IMG/VR virus record: IMGVR_UViG_3300045988_020086 | Strand: one strand, 5' to 3' | DNA: 50,115 nucleotides | From: a virus | Shown here: positions 7,840 to 14,474 of the stretch, piece by piece | How the letters are laid out: every line of letters starts with the position of its first letter | Numbering within the stretch: the first letter of the stretch is position 1 | Notes under the pieces: generated by a model | Seen by the model: the letters and a program-made list of their open reading frames with translations, nothing else | What the model was told of the DNA's origin: nothing | Databases searched by the model: none | Translations under genes and position numbers: made by a program

Positions 7840-8366
7840 GATGATTCCTTTCCCGCCTGGTCTGCCAGGCGTTTCCACTCCTTGATTTCAGTTTTCGTAT
7901 CGGTGGTGATGATTTCCCGGAACACATAGCCCCGCGGCTCTGCGATCAGGTCAATAAACAGCCTGCGACGGTAGATGTAATCCCTCTGCGCCCGCCGGGT
8001 GAATTTTGACTTAATTTCCACCACTTCCACCGTTCCGTCGGCATATTCCAGCACATAATCCGCCGTATACCTTGCCGCCGGGAGATGAACAGCGCAGAAA
8101 TCCTTTGCGGGCAGCAAAGGAAAGGCAACGTGCGGCGTTGCCTTGATGATCCTGCCGGACTGGATGCCCGGCAGTACCGTGCCAATGTAAAAATCATACT
8201 CGCCCTTGCTCTCGAAGGTTTTCCCGATCTCCCCGGCAGCCTTGGCCGCTGCTTCCAGCGATACCGCCCCTACCGGGGCTTTCCGTGCGCATCGAGCGGC
8301 TATTTGCTTCTCCGCCTGGGCACGATACCGGGGCGGCAGGTCTTCCAGTTCCAGTCTCGCACTCAC
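7779..8366 (-). CDS. DUF1064-like (putative PD-(D/E)XK nuclease / resolvase-like) protein
   Basis: GTG start 6 nt after AGGAGGAA, with a GTGA overlap on the Rep stop. Motif pattern ESKGEYDFY..YTADYVLEY..VEVVEIKS. Confidence 0.65.
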   Translation of the reverse strand: MSARLELEDLPPRYRAQAEKQIAARCARKAPVGAVSLEAAAKAAGEIGKTFESKGEYDFYIGTVLPGIQSGRIIKATPHVAFPLLPAKDFCAVHLPAARYTADYVLEYADGTVEVVEIKSKFTRRAQRDYIYRRRLFIDLIAEPRGYVFREIITTDTKTEIKEWKRLADQAGKESSWAKAEQGCPRTTDRASRTP

Positions 8367-9202
8367 GGCTGATTCCTCCTGTTCTTGTTCTTCGGTGGTT
8401 CCTTGCGGTATAGGCTCACGATCAGGTGACGGGTAGAGTTGCCCGTGATGGTGACTTCGCACCGATGCAGGGTATACCCCGGATACATCCGTTCCCAGTA
8501 CGCCCGGTCTTCCAGACAGTTTTCACACACGTCCTTGAGCTTCGATCGGCTCATTTTGTTGTCGTTCGGCCTGGGCATTTTTGGCGGCTGCAGGCCGTGG
8601 CTCTGCCGCCAGTGCCGTTTGCAGCGGCGGTTCTTCACGATATACCGGGCAAGGCTCTCCACGCTGTTGTGGTCGAAGTGCAGCGGCTCACACCGGGCCA
8701 TTCCCCGGCCATTCCACGCCTGTTCTACCATTTCCCGGGTCAGCCCCGCCGGGTGCGTCATAATGACATGGTGATGGTGCCGCCCCAAAACTTCACCTGT
8801 TACAGGGTCCACAGTGCAATACTCCGTCACCACGACCCACTTTGGACGCTGGATGCCCTGTTTGTCGCAAAGGCGGTACAGCTTCTTGATTGCATTGGAG
8901 AAATCCCGGTCAGCCCGGGCAAGGTCATTTGGGGCAGGGTGATGATCGTCGTCGTAGGTGTATGTAACCGAGAAATCACCGGGCCGGAAGTTCGTATTTA
9001 CCAGCAGAACCAGGTAGCGGCCAGATTTGCGGAGGTTGTAGGCTTCCTTCGCCAGACTGGTGGCGAGTTCTTTCTTCCGCCGGGTGCTGGCCTTATGCTC
9101 TTTCTCGGAGACCTCGAAAAACTCCGCCTGCATGGTTGGCGCAGTGGCATAATCTTTGCCGCAGATGTATTTCTGTTCTCTGACATAAAAGCCGCTGCCC
9201 AT
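8363..9202 (-). CDS. HUH-superfamily rolling-circle replication initiator (Rep_1/pC194-like motif set)
   Basis: ATG lies 10 nt after GGAAGGAGGA. Motif 1 FSVTYTY, motif 2 GRHHHHVIM, motif 3 LARYIVKN (YxxK). Confidence 0.7.
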   Translation of the reverse strand: MGSGFYVREQKYICGKDYATAPTMQAEFFEVSEKEHKASTRRKKELATSLAKEAYNLRKSGRYLVLLVNTNFRPGDFSVTYTYDDDHHPAPNDLARADRDFSNAIKKLYRLCDKQGIQRPKWVVVTEYCTVDPVTGEVLGRHHHHVIMTHPAGLTREMVEQAWNGRGMARCEPLHFDHNSVESLARYIVKNRRCKRHWRQSHGLQPPKMPRPNDNKMSRSKLKDVCENCLEDRAYWERMYPGYTLHRCEVTITGNSTRHLIVSLYRKEPPKNKNRRNQP

Positions 9203-9339
9203 ACCCACTACGTCCTCCTTCCCGTAAACGTCCAATTTGCTGAATAAAGGCCAAGCCGCCAGCCGCCCGGGAACTTTTATGCTTGCCCCCGCCCCCGCTC
9301 CGGCAAGCTCTGCTGTCCGTTACGCCCTACTACCGCGGG

Positions 9340-9437
9340 GAGACAATACAGGGGGTTCCCCCTGTACCCCCGTCACGGGAACGGCTGCTTCTAATCAAGC
9401 TCTAAGCAAACTTTAAGCAAGCCGCTGCTCCCGTGTC
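9340..9437 (-). promoter_or_regulatory. Candidate double-strand origin (nick-site hairpin region)
   Basis: 9-bp hairpin TACAGGGGG-TT-CCCCCTGTA. Next to it, an imperfect 17-bp inverted repeat (9362-9378 / 9411-9427) flanks an AT-rich loop. On the - strand the loop carries CTTGATTA (9389..9382). Confidence 0.5.
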
Positions 9438-9536
9438 CCTTAGTTTATCCTCGGTATACAAGCCCCTTGCCGCCTCGTCAGGGCGGCAATTTTACGACGG
9501 GCTTGCTTATTCTCTGGAAACGACTTCAACCTGTAG

Positions 9537-9746
9537 TCACTTCAAAACGAAGCTGTTGAGATAGGGCAGCACCTCGCCGCCGCAGTTGGACACAATCAGA
9601 TAGAAGTTCTTTTGGAAGACGTGGAAGTAAAGAGCGTTGCTCACGTCCTTCGATCCTTCGGTGCGCTGCTCCTGAATCATCCGGGTTGCCTGGTTCCGGG
9701 ACAGCCCCATGCCCATCAGGAGCTTTTTCATTCTCTTGGTTGTCAT
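9537..9746 (-). CDS. Small hypothetical protein (69 aa)
   Basis: ORF with ATG start, co-oriented in the gene train. Confidence 0.5.
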   Translation of the reverse strand: MTTKRMKKLLMGMGLSRNQATRMIQEQRTEGSKDVSNALYFHVFQKNFYLIVSNCGGEVLPYLNSFVLK

Positions 9747-9747
9747 T

Positions 9748-9930
9748 TCAGTTTACCTCGTAGTCTTCAATGCCGTTTTTGTCCGTCCGCTTTTCCCAGT
9801 GTTCGCAGCTGTCCTCAACGTCGGTGACATCGGTGCAGTTCAGCGACAGGCCATTGAAGCAGACCCATGTATACTCCTCATGCCAGCGGCAGTTACAGCA
9901 AATTTTTTCAGGTCCCATGTTTTCCACCAT
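9748..9930 (-). CDS. Small Cys-rich protein; start uncertain
   Basis: Internal start MVENMGPEKICCNCRW. Confidence 0.4.
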   Translation of the reverse strand: MVENMGPEKICCNCRWHEEYTWVCFNGLSLNCTDVTDVEDSCEHWEKRTDKNGIEDYEVN

Positions 9931-10123
9931 TCCAGAATCCATCCATTGCCTCCCGGTACGCTTTGAAGCAGTCCGGGCACAGATCGCCAACGCCACAGAT
10001 TCTTTCGCAATCAAGTGCCCATCCGTCCAGCTGTTTGCTGTCATACTTTCCGTCGTCGAACCGCTCTGCAAATACCTGCTTGCGGCAGCGGTTGCAGATG
10101 AACATTGCGCCGTTCTTTCTCAT
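9908..10123 (-). CDS. Zinc-ribbon small protein (71 aa)
   Basis: CNRC...CPDC pairs; GAGG RBS. Confidence 0.55.
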   Translation of the reverse strand: MRKNGAMFICNRCRKQVFAERFDDGKYDSKQLDGWALDCERICGVGDLCPDCFKAYREAMDGFWNGGKHGT

Positions 10124-10132
10124 GTAAATACC

Positions 10133-10378
10133 TCACACATGATGCTGTATTTTTCCTCCGACCCCGAGCGGCCTTTTCCCGTACATTGCACGGCATTGCG
10201 GGCAAAGGTCAATTACTCTTGGATACTTCAAAGGGAATCCGTTGAAATCGGTGGTCACTTCCCAATCAGTCACCCAGTCCTGCGTTGTCAGCATATCCTG
10301 AAACCCACCCTCAAGCTGTTCCTGAAATGCAACTCTCCTGCATATATCGCAAAATATAGCCTTGAACATCTTTTGCAT
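10133..10378 (-). CDS. Zinc-ribbon small protein, paralog-like (81 aa)
   Basis: Start MQKMFKAIFCDIC after GGGAGGTG; CDIC...CPQC pairs. Confidence 0.55.
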   Translation of the reverse strand: MQKMFKAIFCDICRRVAFQEQLEGGFQDMLTTQDWVTDWEVTTDFNGFPLKYPRVIDLCPQCRAMYGKRPLGVGGKIQHHV

Positions 10379-10379
10379 A

Positions 10380-10895
10380 TCAGCACCTCCCGCACTTTGC
10401 GCACTTGCCATCACAGGTATGCTTTCCCTCGGTGGGTGCCTCGTACAGCTGCACCATCGGCTGCGGCTGGTCCGAACGGTTGAGCGGCTTGTCATACTGA
10501 ACCGTGTAGTCGCCCTTCGGGTTATCGTGCCATGCCAGAGCGTGACGGATCGCAAGCCAGATCTGTTCTGCCCGGTACGGGATTCTCATGCAGTAATCAA
10601 GCGGAGCGGAAAGGACGTATCTCTTGTACAGCTTGTCCACTTCCTCCTGCATGATGTTTCGGCGGTCAATCGAGATATGGAAGATTTCATCCCGTTCCTC
10701 TTTGCCGTCAAATGAATCATTTTCCAGCGCAGCATAGAACTTTGCCATGCAAAGCTCGTCAATCAGGTCTTCAAATTGCCCCAGATGCAGACGGAGGTAC
10801 ATCTCGCAGGCTTTTGCCACTGCCTCAGCCACCGGGCGGCTCATGGTGATGGTGACGGTTTCGATTTCTGCCGGCGCACTCTTTTTCTCGTCCAT
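10380..10895 (-). CDS. Hypothetical protein (171 aa)
   Basis: Start MDEKKS just after the upstream stop; C-terminal CDGKCAKCGRC. Confidence 0.55.
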   Translation of the reverse strand: MDEKKSAPAEIETVTITMSRPVAEAVAKACEMYLRLHLGQFEDLIDELCMAKFYAALENDSFDGKEERDEIFHISIDRRNIMQEEVDKLYKRYVLSAPLDYCMRIPYRAEQIWLAIRHALAWHDNPKGDYTVQYDKPLNRSDQPQPMVQLYEAPTEGKHTCDGKCAKCGRC

Positions 10896-10899
10896 GTCG

Positions 10900-11295
10900 T
10901 TACCCCCACAGCTTGACAGCCGGTGCGCCATAGCCATCGCGTACCATAATGCCGTCTTTTTCCGTAAGAAACATCGTTGTCTTAAACGGGAAGTTTGCGG
11001 TACTGATTCCCGCTTCATTGGCAGCATCGGCCAGCATCCCGCGCGGACCATAATCGCTCATAATGGAGAAGTGGCTAAACCTCCCACTTTCTGCGTATTC
11101 CGCCATGCGTTTTGCCAAGGTTTTTTTGAACGTATCCGCCTGATTTGGCGTTATGTTCTGCCGCCCAATGTCAGCAAGGAGACACGCAGTAACGGAAGTG
11201 AAGCTGTTATCTCCATTGCTGTGTGGCCGATCTTCGAGTATTCTTTCCGCCCACCAGTCGGCGGCTTTCTCGATTGCCTCTTTTGCTAAAATCAT
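10900..11295 (-). CDS. Hypothetical protein (131 aa)
   Basis: ORF in the co-oriented train; 4-nt overlap with its upstream neighbour. Confidence 0.55.
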   Translation of the reverse strand: MILAKEAIEKAADWWAERILEDRPHSNGDNSFTSVTACLLADIGRQNITPNQADTFKKTLAKRMAEYAESGRFSHFSIMSDYGPRGMLADAANEAGISTANFPFKTTMFLTEKDGIMVRDGYGAPAVKLWG

Positions 11296-11903
11296 TCTGC
11301 CTCTTTATCCTCCGTCTTGCACAGTCGCGCTGTTTCCCGCGCCATGTTCACCATCTTCTGCAGCGTTTCCAGCAAATTGCCGGACAGGTTGACGGGCAGA
11401 AGTGCTGCTCGCACGATCATGCCATCCCGGATAACGTAGTACCGGGAACCACTCGCCGTATGGCGCAAGCAGTAATTGATATAGTCACTTTTCTTGATTT
11501 CGTCCATAACGGGAACCAGCCTGCTTGCGGCGATGAAGTCAATGGTCTTTTCGTCCGGGTCTGTCAGCCCCATAAGAAGTGCCCCGCCGATGTTCAGGTT
11601 GATATAGCTGGTTTTGCACTCAACCTCATTCTGAACAGCATCTTCGAGGTTCAGACCACAGACATCCGTAATGTTGTTGCAGTCGTATGCGGTGTATATC
11701 ACATCTTCCCATTTCTTTTTCTCGATCCCGAGCATCGTCATAACTTCTGCTTCGCTCCACGGCTTAGGGAACCCTTCCAGCGAGTAAATTTCAGAATTTG
11801 TGCCGATGTAGAACTTCGTTTCAAGATCGTCCGATCCATGTACCCTATACAGGCGGCAGGAGCCACGGTCTTTAATTACTTTGGCAATCGCTGCAATTTT
11901 CAT
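11292..11903 (-). CDS. Hypothetical protein (203 aa)
   Basis: ORF in the co-oriented train. Confidence 0.6.
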   Translation of the reverse strand: MKIAAIAKVIKDRGSCRLYRVHGSDDLETKFYIGTNSEIYSLEGFPKPWSEAEVMTMLGIEKKKWEDVIYTAYDCNNITDVCGLNLEDAVQNEVECKTSYINLNIGGALLMGLTDPDEKTIDFIAASRLVPVMDEIKKSDYINYCLRHTASGSRYYVIRDGMIVRAALLPVNLSGNLLETLQKMVNMARETARLCKTEDKEAE

Positions 11904-12079
11904 GTGCGCACTTCTCCTATGGATTGAACATCAAACAGTTCAAATTCTGTATAGTGTTCTGCAGCTTGCTTCTTCGCCTCGCAAGCTGCTTCCTCTGTAT
12001 TGATAGCATCCAACGTATACTGCAGGCACTCTTTTGTTCCGCGTCTGTCGGATGCTCTCAGTAAGACACAGTACCTCAT
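11900..12079 (-). CDS. Small hypothetical protein (59 aa)
   Basis: Start MRYCV has an ATGA overlap with the upstream peptide stop. Confidence 0.4.
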   Translation of the reverse strand: MRYCVLLRASDRRGTKECLQYTLDAINTEEAACEAKKQAAEHYTEFELFDVQSIGEVRT

Positions 12080-12201
12080 ACAAACAGATACCCCCAGCAG
12101 AACTTCACCAGCGCAGCAGGCACCAGCAGCAAAACCGCCGCCCAAATTGCCGCGGCCAGCAGAAGCAGAACCGTACCGAGAGTTTTAACCAGTCCATCCA
12201 T
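12076..12201 (-). CDS. Small membrane peptide (41 aa)
   Basis: MDGLVKTLGTVLLLLAAAIWAAVLLLVPAALV, one TM helix; GAGG RBS. Confidence 0.35.
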   Translation of the reverse strand: MDGLVKTLGTVLLLLAAAIWAAVLLLVPAALVKFCWGYLFV

Positions 12202-12211
12202 GCTTTTTACC

Positions 12212-12832
12212 TCAACCTTCCTGCTCGTCTTCATCGTTCCGCACCTGACAGGCAGGTGCGGATATGGGATTTTTGATCTTGGCGACGGGGCGGACACCAG
12301 CCTCACCCGAGGCGTTGTCGTAGGTGCAATCCCCGTTGCCGGTCGCGTGGGCGAAATAGGCTGCCGAGTTCGGCACCCGATTCTGGAGCCAGTACCATTC
12401 CCATCCGCCGTTCAAGCCCTGGGAAGCAATGCGATTCTTCCTCTGCTTCATCGGCTTCCATTGGCTCACGCTTTCGGGTTCATCTTCACCACACGGGTTT
12501 GAGCCGAAGATTTCCTTTTCCGTCGGCAGGCGCAGCAGGTCGCCGTTTTCAAAAGGCAACAACAGCTTCCTGATTTTCTGGGGGAAGCGGTCAAGGATTT
12601 CACCGTTCAGCTTCTTCCGCAGGTCGGAGGCATCCCAGCCGCCCGCATTGGTGTTCTGTGCGTTCATGCTGTATTCCTTTGCCAGGCAGTCCGCAAAACA
12701 GAAGATCATACCGTCGTTTTCTTCCTTGACGGCCAGCATCTCTACCTTTTCACCATCGGACAGCTTAAAGCGAATGACATCGCCTACCCGGAACAGGTCA
12801 ACCTTGATTTTCTCGGTTCTTCTTACTTTCAT
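12212..12832 (-). CDS. Second DGR target protein with a C-type-lectin-fold-like variable C-terminus (206 aa)
   Basis: C-terminus WYWLQNRVPNSAAYFAHATGNGDCTYDNASGEAGVRPVA aligns to the TR-encoded peptide. N-terminal part has W..S.LRKKLN-type motifs seen in Firmicutes DGR targets. No signal peptide. Confidence 0.85.
   Translation of the reverse strand: MKVRRTEKIKVDLFRVGDVIRFKLSDGEKVEMLAVKEENDGMIFCFADCLAKEYSMNAQNTNAGGWDASDLRKKLNGEILDRFPQKIRKLLLPFENGDLLRLPTEKEIFGSNPCGEDEPESVSQWKPMKQRKNRIASQGLNGGWEWYWLQNRVPNSAAYFAHATGNGDCTYDNASGEAGVRPVAKIKNPISAPACQVRNDEDEQEG
12239..12261 (-). promoter_or_regulatory. Hairpin downstream of VR2 (DGR target-recognition element candidate)
   Basis: CCGCACCTG-5 nt-CAGGTGCGG, 19 nt 3' of the GC-rich VR end. 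Confidence 0.6.
12281..12368 (-). repeat. DGR variable repeat 2 (VR2)
   Basis: 88 nt align to TR. All 9 mismatches fall at TR adenines on the coding strand. Confidence 0.9.
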
Positions 12833-12844
12833 GTCGATTCCTTT

Positions 12845-13400
12845 CTATTCTAATTCATTGCCCCACGCATCCCAACCAGGAGTACGCTTTCGGGCGAACA
12901 ATTCAATACGAGGAACATCTCCCAGCAATTCTACAATTCGCTTACGCGTTTCGTCCGGCTTTGCACTATGTTCTTGTATCGGTGTTTCAATCACTTGATG
13001 TACAGCATGGCTCTTGACCCGATCAGCGGCCTTGAATCCAGGCGTTACACCAAGCAAACAGATTTCCGCATTTGCCCTCGTGTAAGCCCCCATGCCCCAA
13101 AAATTTGTATCGCTCTTGCGGTTTTTCTTGATCCAAACAAAGGCGCAGGTCTTGTACTCAAAACCCCACGCCTCCATAACTCGCAGAGCATCGGCAATTT
13201 GTGGAAACGTAGCCCACATGAAGCAGGCCGTGCCCCCCCCCCGCCAGGTCATTGACCGGCAATGCGCAGATGTCATCCGTCGTCATTGTGTGATAGTGCT
13301 GAGCCGCATTGCCCCGGCTTTTAGGTCCTGTTCCACACTGACGGTAGCTCCACGGCGGATCAGCATAGATTACGGAATACTTTTTATCCGGGAAATCCAT
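12845..13400 (-). CDS. MT-A70-family N6-adenine DNA methyltransferase, frame broken at a G10 tract as assembled
   Basis: N-terminal part carries DPPW (YADPPWSY). The C-terminal part CFMWATFPQ..AWGFEY..VWIKK..SAKPDE continues in the +1 frame. G9 would fuse the two parts (..LAGGGTACFMW..). Confidence 0.85.
13233..13242 (-). repeat. Homopolymer G10 (C10 on the + strand) inside the MT-A70 gene
   Basis: Read directly from the sequence; encodes a Gly run. Confidence 0.95.
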
Positions 13401-13402
13401 GT

Positions 13403-13915
13403 TTATCTCACCGCCTTTACCATCTGTTCAACCGTTCTTCTCCGCAGCCTACGCCAAGATTCACCGGGTTCGCGTTCTACTCCAACTGTCTTTGCCAATT
13501 TCTCAAGAACATCTTCTCCGATTTCCATGACCGCCACTGCCTCGGATTCGTCCGCCACGTCCAATCCAGAGTATTTGCTTAAATTCTCTGGATGCTCAAA
13601 ACGTCCATTCCGTACCCGAACGGAGCGATCATCCCAATATTCGGATGCTCCAACTTTCCGCGGGTTATTTCCATATTCTTTTTTCCAAGACGGCAGGCTT
13701 TCATTTACCGCATCGAAGTGTAATTCCCACTCCTCGCAGGCTTTCAAAGCGGCATCCAGCATTTCACCCTCTCGACAGGTCCAGAGGATCAGCCCTGCGC
13801 CATTTGCCTGTTCCATCTTCGCTTCTGCTATGATTTCCCAGTTCGGCTCTCCGATATTGGGATAATCATTTGTGCAAAGCGTTCCATCGAAATCAATGGC
13901 AATCGCTTTTTGCAT
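13403..13915 (-). CDS. HAD-superfamily hydrolase-like protein
   Basis: Start MQKAIAIDFDGTLC (DxDGT motif I). Confidence 0.6.
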   Translation of the reverse strand: MQKAIAIDFDGTLCTNDYPNIGEPNWEIIAEAKMEQANGAGLILWTCREGEMLDAALKACEEWELHFDAVNESLPSWKKEYGNNPRKVGASEYWDDRSVRVRNGRFEHPENLSKYSGLDVADESEAVAVMEIGEDVLEKLAKTVGVEREPGESWRRLRRRTVEQMVKAVR

Positions 13916-13916
13916 A

Positions 13917-14474
13917 TCAGCCGTCCTCCTTGATGATCCAGACCTGGTGTTCGCCGTATCCATCCCAGTTCAAAGCGTCTTCATGGCTGCCAGAAACAGC
14001 AACGTCCAGGTGATTGCCCTGCACCGCATTGCCCCTGTCCTGAACAATGCGGATTCCTACATCTTCGATGTAGATCACTGTGCCATAGGGTAGGAGCGTT
14101 TGGTCTGCCGCCACGGTCACGCCCGCCTGAATCGGCTGACCGCTGGCCGTGATCCCGGTTCCAGTGCCGCAAATGTGCGACCATTTCTCGGTGCAGTAGG
14201 CAGTGCATTTGAAAATCCCGGCATACTCGACATCTAATTTTTCGTCCAGTTTGCTCATGATTTTCAGTTCGTCCGCCAGATCGTCAGCGTACTGGGCGAC
14301 GATTCCAGCGGTGCCCTCCCAGTCCTCGGCGCGGGATTTGTAAATATCCCGCTGCATCTCCAAGTCATTGATCCGGCCGTTTGCCATGCCAACGGCAATT
14401 CCGCTGGCGACCGTTGCGCAAATCGCGGCAGTTACAGCCAGCTTCGACAGGGTATCAGGTCTCATTTTCTTCAT
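13917..14474 (-). CDS. Membrane-anchored 3D-domain (MltA/RlpA-like) protein
   Basis: N-terminal TM LSKLAVTAAICATVASGIAV. C-terminal FKCTAYC..GITASG..VAAD..LPYGT..IEDVG. Confidence 0.6.
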   Translation of the reverse strand: MKKMRPDTLSKLAVTAAICATVASGIAVGMANGRINDLEMQRDIYKSRAEDWEGTAGIVAQYADDLADELKIMSKLDEKLDVEYAGIFKCTAYCTEKWSHICGTGTGITASGQPIQAGVTVAADQTLLPYGTVIYIEDVGIRIVQDRGNAVQGNHLDVAVSGSHEDALNWDGYGEHQVWIIKEDG

